This document shows positions 27,985 through 36,815 of a stretch of 64,000 nt of DNA, one piece after another. The notes beneath the pieces are model-generated. The model saw nothing but the letters and a program-made list of their open reading frames with translations, made no database searches and was not told where the DNA came from. This DNA is from an archaeon. GTDB taxonomy: Archaea; Methanobacteriota_B; Thermococci; Methanofastidiosales; NM3. A program made the position numbers and the translations under genes. The DNA lies in assembly GCA_004212155.1 (NCBI GenBank), contig RXIG01000028.1, positions 1 through 64,000 on the forward strand, written 5' to 3'. The stretch's first letter is position 1. Each line of letters opens with the position of its first letter.

Positions 27985-29169
27985 TCAACCCTCGCGATGG
28001 GATTGCAGTTCGGAGATTCGCTCTACGACGCGTTCCCCGTTCAGTTCTGTGATACAGCCCTTCTCGGCCAGCTTCTCCTCGATGGACGGTGTCAAAGGGA
28101 TACGGACCCCCGTGATGACAGGATAGCCGTGATGTACGAGGGCAAGGGTCGAGGTGAGGATCTTGGCGTTCTTCCACCCAGGCACCAACACGAACGGCGT
28201 GGGGGCAAATCCCTTTCCATGCATCTTTCCTATTTCGCAGAATCCTATATGGACTACGCCCGGAGCGTTCATGGCATCGGTGCTCCCCTCATACATATGC
28301 GCCCCGGTCACGAGCACGAGGTAGCCATGTTCCACCAAATCGGTGACGAGCCCTTCCATGTGCCATGAGCACGTTGGGCTTGCCGCTCCGAACAGGACAA
28401 CGACGCCTTCTATGTTCCCCCTCTCGTACGCACGATTGATCGCCGTCACATCGAGCGTGGCGCCTGTCGTGTGCATCTTTGGCTCAGGGAGCTCGCATTG
28501 GGGCCCCTTGCGCGACGCGAAGTGTTTGAGCGCCTCTTCAAGCGAGGCACGTTCGCTTCCGAACGTATGGATGGCGTCTATGCATCCTGTCGCCAGCGCA
28601 TTGTCAAGTACGAGGTAGTTGCCAATGCACGGTATGCCCCGTTGATACGCCAGTTCGGCGCCCGGATAGCCAAGGGAGACGATGTTGACCCCATGCGCTC
28701 CGGCACATTCGATGTTTTCAGCTGCCTCGGGCGTACGGGTGAACTCGATCAGGTCATGAATGCCCCGGGGTGAGGAGACTGCGCAGATGTTAACGGCCTC
28801 TGGGCGCAGCCCTCCCAGCCCAAAAGGTACCGTGCGCACCGTTCGATAGGGCGAAAGGAGCTTATCTATCTCGTCTGAATAGGATCGGGATACATCGACC
28901 ATCCGGGTGGCGGCCTCAAGAAGACTTTCCATGTCATATACCATGGTGATATGTCGTTTGTGCGTCTTGTATTCCCCCAACCCCTCTGCAATCTTTTCAG
29001 CCAGATTCTTCATGGCCATCTCGTCTGGCGTTATGCCGCAGGGCACCCGCGACGTGCTGCCGTCAAACGTGCACGGGCCCAGGTCGCACGCATCGCAGAC
29101 AAGGCCCATCCGCAGTTCGTCCCGCACATGCGCCTGTTCCCTGATGCCGTCAAAGATCTTCTCATACAT
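27985..29169 (-). CDS. Truncated, degenerate CooS (Ni-CODH)/HCP-superfamily homolog
   Basis: CDACDLGPC...CG, GLG.L....VNI, AGA.GVN, ATG.ID, G.I.GVV, LVL.TG, HIGFC; most C-cluster ligands missing. Confidence 0.8.
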   Translation of the reverse strand: MYEKIFDGIREQAHVRDELRMGLVCDACDLGPCTFDGSTSRVPCGITPDEMAMKNLAEKIAEGLGEYKTHKRHITMVYDMESLLEAATRMVDVSRSYSDEIDKLLSPYRTVRTVPFGLGGLRPEAVNICAVSSPRGIHDLIEFTRTPEAAENIECAGAHGVNIVSLGYPGAELAYQRGIPCIGNYLVLDNALATGCIDAIHTFGSERASLEEALKHFASRKGPQCELPEPKMHTTGATLDVTAINRAYERGNIEGVVVLFGAASPTCSWHMEGLVTDLVEHGYLVLVTGAHMYEGSTDAMNAPGVVHIGFCEIGKMHGKGFAPTPFVLVPGWKNAKILTSTLALVHHGYPVITGVRIPLTPSIEEKLAEKGCITELNGERVVERISELQSHREG

Positions 29170-29362
29170 ATATGACCACCCACGGAGTTGTCTGAGCATC
29201 TTTCACGCCGTATTAAAGGTTTTCTATGTATTTTATAAGGTGCGTCATCCCCGTATGTCTGGCGCAACGGAATGAGTTTCGCCGCAATCCCATATCATAA
29301 GGGATAATTATTTAATATGCAAAACGGAGATGTAGGCACTGTAATACAACGGAGGTGTTTTA

Positions 29363-29464
29363 TTGAAAAATTGCAATGAGCAACACAAATGTTTTGGTAA
29401 GTGTGTTCGCCCGAAGGGACACGATGGCAAACATCTGTGTGGAAACTGTGGTATGGAGTTCTAA
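29363..29464 (+). CDS. Cys/His-rich microprotein (33 aa), probable metal-binding peptide
   Basis: GGAGGTG RBS at 29351, TTG start, MKNCNEQHKCFGKCVRPKGHDGKHLCGNCGMEF, then a T-rich terminator-like tract. Confidence 0.7.
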   Translation: MKNCNEQHKCFGKCVRPKGHDGKHLCGNCGMEF

Positions 29465-29550
29465 CTCTCACCGCAAACACTGAATCATAGCTTTACTTTT
29501 TCTCTTCCTCTCTTTTATGGGTAAGGGAACGAGCCGATGAGGTACGGTCC

Positions 29551-29730
29551 CTATTTTGATTCTTCATCCAACATCGTGAGTATCTGCTGTATCTCCTTGT
29601 TGATCTCGCTTACTTCTGCGTGCATCTTGTTGAGCTCTGTGAGATACTCATTTGTCGTGTGCTCATACATCTTGAGTTTCGTCTCATAGACGGTAAGACG
29701 TTCCTTCAATATCTTCAGCTGTTCCTCCAT
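29551..29730 (-). CDS. Small coiled-coil protein
   Basis: MEEQLKILKERLTVYETKLKMYE heptad pattern; TATA-like box upstream. Confidence 0.65.
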   Translation of the reverse strand: MEEQLKILKERLTVYETKLKMYEHTTNEYLTELNKMHAEVSEINKEIQQILTMLDEESK

Positions 29731-29845
29731 ACTGTAGTATATGTCGTTCAAATCTATATATCTTTGGATGGCCACGCATGCACCACATGACGGTACAAGA
29801 TCCGTGAATTTATAAGTAGGCGAACAAGTATGTAATGCAACGATC

Positions 29846-29985
29846 ATGGCTTCGATAGATTTCTCACGTCCATCACTCATCGCGGCCATAGCCTTTATCC
29901 TCGTATGGTATTTTTTGGGCTATTGGCCGCCATAGTGATCGGGATAATAGTGCTTTTGCTCACGGACACCATTAAGATCAGATAG
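29846..29985 (+). pseudogene. Small two-helix membrane protein broken by a 1-nt frameshift in a T6 run
   Basis: Adding one T gives MASIDFSRPSLIAAIAFILVWYFFGLLAAIVIGIIVLLLTDTIKIR; TTTATAA box upstream. Confidence 0.55.
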
Positions 29986-30078
29986 GTACGTCGCAGGCAT
30001 TCCGGGTGTGCGTGCGAGTAACAATATATTTTTAATGCTACCCGCCGTATGCAGTCCAACGCTGTATTTTGTGATATC

Positions 30079-30834
30079 ATGCGCGTAGAATTGATCGCTG
30101 TGACCCCTTTTCCCCTTGTCAAGCAGGGTGATGACATTGGTTCGCTCATACTCGAATCCCTCGGATCGATGGGCATTTCCCTCGAGGAGGGCGATGCCGT
30201 TGTCGTCGCATCGACCATCGTCTCCAAGGCGGAGGGAACGCTCATCGACCTCACCACCGTAACACCTTCCGAACGGGCACTCATACTGTCTTCCACAACC
30301 GGCAAGGACCCTCGATTGTGCGAGGCGATCCTGCGTGCATCGAAACAGATACTCAAGGTGGGTCCCGGCCCCATCATCGCCGAGACGCACCACGGATTCA
30401 TATGCGCGTCTGCAGGCATCGACACGTCGAACGTGGCGGGCAACAACGATATCGTGTGCACCTTGCCAAATGACCCGGACATGTCTGCCCGCACCATCCG
30501 CGCCAAGCTTGAGGAGACATTCGATACGCGCGTCGCAGTCATCGTCTCAGATACCCAGGGACGTCCATTTCGCATCGGCGCCCTCGGGGTTTCGGTGGGC
30601 CTTTCCGGCATTGACCCCGTATGGCGCTACAAGGGGGAAAAGGACCTCTACGGCTATACGCTCAATGCGAGCGTCATTGCGCGTGCAGACGAGATCGCAG
30701 CCGCGGCAGACCTCGTGATGGGGCAGTCAAACGAGGGTATACCCGTCGTCATAGTGCGCGGTGCGCGCTATCGTCGTTCGGAAGATCCTGCCACCACTTA
30801 CATACGAGATGTGCAAAACGACCTCTTCAGGTGA
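30079..30834 (+). CDS. cofE: Coenzyme F420-0:L-glutamate ligase
   Basis: IVSKAEG, AGIDTSN, LP.DPD.SA, DTQGRPFR, DEIAAAADLVMG motifs. Confidence 0.94.
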   Translation: MRVELIAVTPFPLVKQGDDIGSLILESLGSMGISLEEGDAVVVASTIVSKAEGTLIDLTTVTPSERALILSSTTGKDPRLCEAILRASKQILKVGPGPIIAETHHGFICASAGIDTSNVAGNNDIVCTLPNDPDMSARTIRAKLEETFDTRVAVIVSDTQGRPFRIGALGVSVGLSGIDPVWRYKGEKDLYGYTLNASVIARADEIAAAADLVMGQSNEGIPVVIVRGARYRRSEDPATTYIRDVQNDLFR

Positions 30835-30876
30835 CCTCGTGGCAACGCTTATTAATGTGTGAGATAACGTCGTCAT

Positions 30877-31926
30877 ATGCGCATTCTCCACAAGGACGTG
30901 TCAAAGGGCGTAGTGAAGGTCAAGGTGGAGTCCATCGATGACCTATGGCATCTCTCGCATGTCATAGAGGAGGGAGACGTCGTCTACGACGTCACGTATC
31001 GCCGTCAGCAAGCCCAACAGGATGTTATACGGTCAAGCAAGACCGAGAAGGTGCGCATGTACCTTGGCGTGCGCGTCGAGAAGATTGAGTTCTCACACTA
31101 TTCAGATTCACTTCGGCTCACCGGCGTGATCGTGGAAGGTGACCAGACGGGCAACTATCATACGCTCTCGATCGAGCCGCAGAGCACGCCAAAGATCGTC
31201 AAGTCGTGGAGACCGTTCCAGCTCGATAGGCTCAACGAGGCTGTACGCTCGTCAAAGGAGCCGCGTATCCTCATCGTTGCGATCGATGAGGGGGAGGCAG
31301 ACTTTGGCATCGTCAAGCAGTACGGCATCGACTTTGCCGTTTCCATATCCCGGTCGATACCAGGCAAGCGCGATACCTCCAACAGGAAGAGTGAGAAGGA
31401 GTCTTTTTTCAAGGAGGTCGCTGACAAGTTATCGTCCTACCTTGACGAGCTCAACATACCCTCGGCCATCGTCGCAGGGCCGGGATTCGTCAAGGATGAG
31501 TTTCAGGAATGGGCGAAAGAACACGCCCCGTCCCTGGCATCAAATCTGCACATCAAGAGCATATCCGTCACCGGCGGGCCGGGCATACTCGAGGTCGTCA
31601 AGCGCGGATACGTCGAAGAGATATACGAGCAATCACGTGCCGCCTCGGAGATCACGCTTATGGAATCGTTCTTTCAAAAGATCCTCACGGACGATGCCGT
31701 CTACGGGCTCGAAGAGGTGCGCACGGCGGTCATGAACTCGCAGGCTGAGTACGTCGTCGTCACCGACGAGATGCTGAGAAACTCCGAGGAGGCTCAGGAG
31801 ATAATCGAGCATGCCAAGAACGTGCGTTCCACACCGCACATCATCTCCACCGACCATGAGGGCGGAGAGAAGCTGCGAAGCCTCGGGGGCATCGGTGCGG
31901 CGCTTCGATTCAAGCTCACCTATTGA
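30877..31926 (+). CDS. pelA: mRNA surveillance protein Pelota
   Basis: DDLWHL, PGK, AGPGF, LGGIGA.LRF motifs. Confidence 0.96.
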   Translation: MRILHKDVSKGVVKVKVESIDDLWHLSHVIEEGDVVYDVTYRRQQAQQDVIRSSKTEKVRMYLGVRVEKIEFSHYSDSLRLTGVIVEGDQTGNYHTLSIEPQSTPKIVKSWRPFQLDRLNEAVRSSKEPRILIVAIDEGEADFGIVKQYGIDFAVSISRSIPGKRDTSNRKSEKESFFKEVADKLSSYLDELNIPSAIVAGPGFVKDEFQEWAKEHAPSLASNLHIKSISVTGGPGILEVVKRGYVEEIYEQSRAASEITLMESFFQKILTDDAVYGLEEVRTAVMNSQAEYVVVTDEMLRNSEEAQEIIEHAKNVRSTPHIISTDHEGGEKLRSLGGIGAALRFKLTY

Positions 31927-32707
31927 TCGATACGACATTCGCTCCATTGTCGTCCTCTATCGTGATGTATCCGCCCTCCTCAAGACGCTTCATCATGCGC
32001 CATGTGGAGGTCTTTGGGATGTTGAACTCCTTTCTGAGGTCCGACTCTCGTACACGGCCCCGTTCCCAGACATGTCGAAGCACACGTTTCTCGAGCGCAT
32101 CTAATCCCTCTTTCTCATCCCATGGGAAGGACCTTTTTCGCATGCGGTAGAGAAGGTATGCTACCGCACCCACAATAGGGATGGCAATGAGCGCAATGCC
32201 CGAGGGGCGGCGATCCTCTTGTTGCGTCCCTTCGAGTTCGAGATAGTAATCGACCGTGAGCGCCCCACCGGAAAACGTCAAGGTGCCGGCATCGAGGTCT
32301 ATCTCGCTTGGCATGGGGTCGACGGATACTATCGTCGTTGAAGCTGGCAACTGCAGCGTCGTCTGTCCACCGGCATCAAGCGACACTGTCCACAGCGCGC
32401 CGTCCTTTGATGTGAGCATGGACGTCTCGTAACGTATAACGACAGCGCCCTCACCAAGCGTATAGGCCACGAGCAAGGCATCGACCACATCGTAGTGTAC
32501 TGGTTCGAATGATCCGGTGGCGACCGAGAGGTTCTCGTAGTCACCGGTGAGCAGCACGGCCTCCACCGTACCCCCCATGTCGTTAACAGAAATGAAATGC
32601 TCAATCTCTGCATATCCGTCCCTGTAGAGGGTGACGGAGGTGTCGGCCGCACATGTGGCAAAAGAAGAGAGCAGCATGACGATGGCAAGGACACATGCTC
32701 GTCTCAT
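31916..32707 (-). CDS. Membrane-anchored protein with extracellular beta domain and C-terminal winged HTH (COG2512-like)
   Basis: Signal peptide, one TM helix, ESDLRKEFNIPKTSTWRMMKRLEEGG. Confidence 0.8.
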   Translation of the reverse strand: MRRACVLAIVMLLSSFATCAADTSVTLYRDGYAEIEHFISVNDMGGTVEAVLLTGDYENLSVATGSFEPVHYDVVDALLVAYTLGEGAVVIRYETSMLTSKDGALWTVSLDAGGQTTLQLPASTTIVSVDPMPSEIDLDAGTLTFSGGALTVDYYLELEGTQQEDRRPSGIALIAIPIVGAVAYLLYRMRKRSFPWDEKEGLDALEKRVLRHVWERGRVRESDLRKEFNIPKTSTWRMMKRLEEGGYITIEDDNGANVVSINR

Positions 32708-32753
32708 GCATATCCACTCGTCATACTACTTTATAATCTATATGTCTGGTAGG

Positions 32754-33629
32754 TCACGACGCCATACGCTGCCGGAGCTCATCAAGTTCGTGGCCCAGCT
32801 TGGCAGCGCTTTCCATCGACTCCCTAAGGATGGCGAGGCTTGCGGCTTCTCGACCTTCCTGGTGCGCTTCCCTGGCCCTGTACAGCCGTACCTTCAGTTG
32901 AGCAAGCAGCGATTCAGCGTCTCCAGTATCGATTCCCTCGGAACGTGCCTCGTCTATGATATCGTGTGCCGCCTGCAGGCGTTCTGGCACCGTGTTGAGA
33001 AAGTGATGCAGCCGTTCAGGAAGGAGACTATCCCTCACACGGTCCTCGAGCATGTCGTGGGCCGTGTCAAGTGAGCGCTCACAAACATTGAGCATTTGTT
33101 GTGCTATAAATGGCCGTTGAGCCTTCAAATGGATGAGTGATGCCTTAAAGGACGACCGTGCTACACGTACGTGGGCATCTATCAGGGGAGCCTCGATACC
33201 CTGTTCCTCGAGCCTTTCCAGCGCGCTCGTCAGCATGCTGAGATGGTGTGAAACGCGTTCGTACCTGTCTTTGATGGCATCGACTGCTGCTGGAGGAAGC
33301 TGCATGTCAAGCGATGTCATGCATCCTTTGAGCATCTTCATCGCCTCCTTCGTCTTGGCGATTGCCGCCTCAACGTCGCCGGCAGCATGTGCCTCCTTGG
33401 CCCCTTCGATAAGCAATTCGATGTCTTCGCAGCGTTGTTCACTATCTTGATCGTGTTCGTGCGTATCAATGTAGGCGGTCAATCGCTGGTGTGCGCGTTC
33501 TGCTATCTGTATATATCGTTCTATTGGGGGTGGCTGCTGTTCTTCCGTCTCCGCCCCATAGGATATGGCCGGTATCGCAGCAACGATCATAAGCGCCACC
33601 GCAATGGAACCCCATGCTGTAGATTTCAT
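32754..33629 (-). CDS. Secreted all-helical hypothetical protein
   Basis: Signal peptide, then repeated amphipathic helices (GIEA, GIDT turns). Confidence 0.7.
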   Translation of the reverse strand: MKSTAWGSIAVALMIVAAIPAISYGAETEEQQPPPIERYIQIAERAHQRLTAYIDTHEHDQDSEQRCEDIELLIEGAKEAHAAGDVEAAIAKTKEAMKMLKGCMTSLDMQLPPAAVDAIKDRYERVSHHLSMLTSALERLEEQGIEAPLIDAHVRVARSSFKASLIHLKAQRPFIAQQMLNVCERSLDTAHDMLEDRVRDSLLPERLHHFLNTVPERLQAAHDIIDEARSEGIDTGDAESLLAQLKVRLYRAREAHQEGREAASLAILRESMESAAKLGHELDELRQRMAS

Positions 33630-33693
33630 GTTGTCACCGATTAAATTACGGCCCGGCGACACTTAAGGAACTCGATTGGAACACCCGTTCCAG

Positions 33694-34623
33694 CTACAAT
33701 TCCTGCATGACGCCTGCATAGATGAACGGAAGAATGAGCGTAGCATCACCTTCGATGGTCACGTATGAGGCATCCTCCCTGACCTTGCCCCATGAGACCG
33801 CCTCCCTGACGCGTGCGCCAGAGAGCGAACCGTCCCATTCTGGTGCCGTTGTGACATATACGGCGTAGTCGAGGCCGCCCCTGAACTGATTCCACCATAT
33901 CGTGTGGTGCTTCGATATGCCGCCGCCTATCATGAGCGCACCTGTCTTTTCCGCCTCGAAAACGATGTCTGAGAGCAGCTTCTCGTCCTTGAGCACATCG
34001 ATAGTGAGGTCGTGGTCCTGCGCAAAGAAGAATATCTGGCTTCCCACAGACCCGTCAGTGATGCCGGGGATGATGACAGGTATCCTGTTGCGTGCTGCCC
34101 AGTAGATGATGCTGTTCTCGTCATCGAGCCGGTCACCGATCTCCCATATGAGTTCGTATGTCGAGAGGCGGCGCGTGCCGGCCTCATAGATCTCCTCGAG
34201 GATCGACATGAGCTTTGATTCCAGTATCTCCCCATAGCATTCGTTGGGTATGAAGATGTTGCCCAGCCTGTTGACGCCCTCCTGGTGGAGCTTCCTGTCA
34301 TCGGCCTCCCAGGAGCCGTGGTAGTAGTCCCTCCATATTCGTGCGAGGTCATGGTCGAGGGTGCCACAGGTGGTGATCACGGCGTCGAACTGTTTGTTTT
34401 TCACCATGTCCCGTATGATGCCGCGCGTGCCTGTAGCGATGATGCATGCTGGAAACGAGAGGAAGTTCGTGCATTTCTCCTCGAACATCTTCCTCAGTAT
34501 GGTCACACCCATGGAGAACTTCTGTGCAGTGAATCCCCCGCTCTCAAACATCTGTTCGGACAAGTTCGCAAACGATGTGGCGGGCGTGATAGAGATGTCT
34601 TTTACTGGTTTATCAAGGTTCAT
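33694..34623 (-). CDS. dys: Deoxyhypusine synthase
   Basis: GGGISKHH, DGSLSGA...EAVSWGK, GDAT motifs. Confidence 0.96.
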   Translation of the reverse strand: MNLDKPVKDISITPATSFANLSEQMFESGGFTAQKFSMGVTILRKMFEEKCTNFLSFPACIIATGTRGIIRDMVKNKQFDAVITTCGTLDHDLARIWRDYYHGSWEADDRKLHQEGVNRLGNIFIPNECYGEILESKLMSILEEIYEAGTRRLSTYELIWEIGDRLDDENSIIYWAARNRIPVIIPGITDGSVGSQIFFFAQDHDLTIDVLKDEKLLSDIVFEAEKTGALMIGGGISKHHTIWWNQFRGGLDYAVYVTTAPEWDGSLSGARVREAVSWGKVREDASYVTIEGDATLILPFIYAGVMQEL

Positions 34624-34732
34624 GGAATCACCCCTTGGTGCTCCTATTATATTTATCTTATAAACATAGTGGTAGGCCACTTTACTGCCACTCTCTCACA
34701 ATCGTTATATTCGCCCTTATCCACGCTCTTTC

Positions 34733-34891
34733 ATGGACGTGGACCACTGTCCGTTTTGCGGCGGGCTGTTGCTTGGCGGTTATTCCTCTTTGCACGACCG
34801 GCTCGTTTTATCTGTACGGTGCCCATACTGCGGGCATGCTGAGAGATATGTCGTTGCCACGCAGCGGTTCTCGCTCCTTGTCAACGATTGA
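34733..34891 (+). CDS. CPxCG-type zinc-ribbon microprotein (52 aa)
   Basis: MDVDHCPFCGG...VRCPYCGH; fills the gap between dys and the rhomboid gene. Confidence 0.65.
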   Translation: MDVDHCPFCGGLLLGGYSSLHDRLVLSVRCPYCGHAERYVVATQRFSLLVND

Positions 34892-35579
34892 AATAGATCT
34901 GGTCCCAGTCCTCGATGCGACGTTTTCGTGATAGATAGTCCCTTCTTGTAAACAACTTCACTAGGAAAAACCCGGCCACGAATCCGCCGATGTGTGCAAA
35001 ATACGCCACACCGCCGCTTGCCTGGGTCGCCAGGGAGCCTATGCCTGAAAAGAATTGGAGCAGTATCCAGAACCCCAAGACGATGACCGCCGGGATCCTG
35101 ATGATGAGGAAAAGCGCCCATGTCACCACGTTTGCCCTCGGGAAGTTGACGACATATGCACCCAGTATGCCGGCGATGGCGCCGGATGCGCCAAGCATTG
35201 GGATCGTCGAGGACGTGTCTATGAATATTTGTGTATAGCTTGCCACGACGCCGCAGATGAGATAGAACAGCAGGAATCGCTTGTGCCCCATCGAATCCTC
35301 GACGTTGTTCCCGAATATGTAGAGGTAGAGCATGTTGCCCCCAAAGTGCAGGACCCCATGGTGCATGAACTGCGATGTGATCAACGTGTAGAGGCGGTCG
35401 CCGTTCCACACAAATCTCGGAACAACGGCCCAGTCGTAGTAGAACTGCGAGAGCTGGTACTGACCCCCCGTGTACTCGATGAGGTTGAGAAGGAGGAACA
35501 CCAATGCATTAGCGCCTATAAGCGCATAGGTGACATATGGTGTCTCGTACGTTGGATTCTCATCATAGAGCGGGAGCAT
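34881..35579 (-). CDS. Rhomboid family intramembrane serine protease
   Basis: HFGGNM, GASGA, AHIGG motifs. Confidence 0.96.
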   Translation of the reverse strand: MLPLYDENPTYETPYVTYALIGANALVFLLLNLIEYTGGQYQLSQFYYDWAVVPRFVWNGDRLYTLITSQFMHHGVLHFGGNMLYLYIFGNNVEDSMGHKRFLLFYLICGVVASYTQIFIDTSSTIPMLGASGAIAGILGAYVVNFPRANVVTWALFLIIRIPAVIVLGFWILLQFFSGIGSLATQASGGVAYFAHIGGFVAGFFLVKLFTRRDYLSRKRRIEDWDQIYFNR

Positions 35580-35624
35580 TATACAACGTAGGAGAGAGAT
35601 ACTATAAAGTCTTTACTCTATGGA

Positions 35625-36377
35625 TCAGCACTGCACAGTGGCGAAAATACGCTCTATGAGCGCGACGGCAGAATACCCTGCGATAAGCGATGTTGCCTTG
35701 TTGGGCGACGGAGCATTATCAAACTCCATCGTGATTGTCCCTGTTTCACCCATTACCCTTACAGTGTGTATGTTGTGTGATACCAAGGGGTCTGCTATGA
35801 TGCGCACGCGCACCTTCTCGTCACCTGCCATCACAGCGAGCGTGACGGCGACGTTGATGTTGCGGGGAAATCGTTCTATTGCTTCTGCCGGCGTGCCTTC
35901 GAAGATGACCGTGGCCTCATCAGCCTCCACGCCAAGCGACTGGGGCGGTTTTCTTGTCTCAAGGACCACCATCTCGAGCTTGCCCACCCGCGCGGACGAT
36001 ATGGCATCGAGTCCTCCTATGGCGCCAGACGGGATGTAGATGTGTACGCCGGAAGCGCTCGCGTCCTCAATGAGGCATTTCCTGAACTCAGCGTCGGCCA
36101 GCCCGCCGACGCTCATGACCATGAGGTCCTTCCCTGCCCTGACGACATCGCGCGCGTGCTGCTGCACGGCCTTGGGAGAGGCAGCCTCCACTATGAGCGG
36201 CGCATCGGATGACAACAATTCCTCAAAGGAGGTGCAAGGTCTGGCACCGACACCCCGGGCGAAATCACGGGCTCGTTCCTGGTCCAGGTCATATACGGCG
36301 TCGATCTCGATCGATGTGCCTTTTTCTGCGATAATGGTGGCGATATTGCCACATCCGATAAGGGCGATACGTGCCAT
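35625..36377 (-). CDS. nadX: L-aspartate dehydrogenase
   Basis: IGCGNIA, EAAS, SGAIGGLD, FPRNINVA, NKATS motifs. Start trimmed. Confidence 0.94.
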   Translation of the reverse strand: MARIALIGCGNIATIIAEKGTSIEIDAVYDLDQERARDFARGVGARPCTSFEELLSSDAPLIVEAASPKAVQQHARDVVRAGKDLMVMSVGGLADAEFRKCLIEDASASGVHIYIPSGAIGGLDAISSARVGKLEMVVLETRKPPQSLGVEADEATVIFEGTPAEAIERFPRNINVAVTLAVMAGDEKVRVRIIADPLVSHNIHTVRVMGETGTITMEFDNAPSPNKATSLIAGYSAVALIERIFATVQC

Positions 36378-36557
36378 TTGCATCACTTCTGTGTAGTATG
36401 GCTTGCAGGGGCTTATATATACTTTCTCTTTGAGAATATCAGGCCTATGTGGATGCTGCGCCTTCTTTACCAAAAACCTTTTAAACAACTCTCATATAGA
36501 GAAGTAAGTCATTTTTACCGATTTCATATTTGGGTAAAATATGTATAAGGTGATATT

Positions 36558-36662
36558 TTGGGTAAGAAACCGAGGAAATGGAAGAAAAAAGGAAAAATGA
36601 GGTGGAAACACCTCAAAAAGAGAATGAGAAGAAAAAAGCGTAAAGCTAAGATGAGAAAATAA
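36558..36662 (+). CDS. rpl41e: 50S ribosomal protein L41e (missed by the ORF track)
   Basis: AGGTGA RBS, TTG start, MGKKPRKWKKKGKMRWKHLKKRMRRKKRKAKMRK. Confidence 0.88.
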   Translation: MGKKPRKWKKKGKMRWKHLKKRMRRKKRKAKMRK

Positions 36663-36815
36663 ATCGTCATCCTTTCTCTTTCATCGTGGATGCATCGGTG
36701 CATTCACCTCATCTCTTTTATTCTCTCATCATGTTCATCATCACTTCTTTTATACTTCAACGTACGATGAAGTTAAACACTACGATTTAAATATTAGGAA
36801 TGCTTACATAGTACC

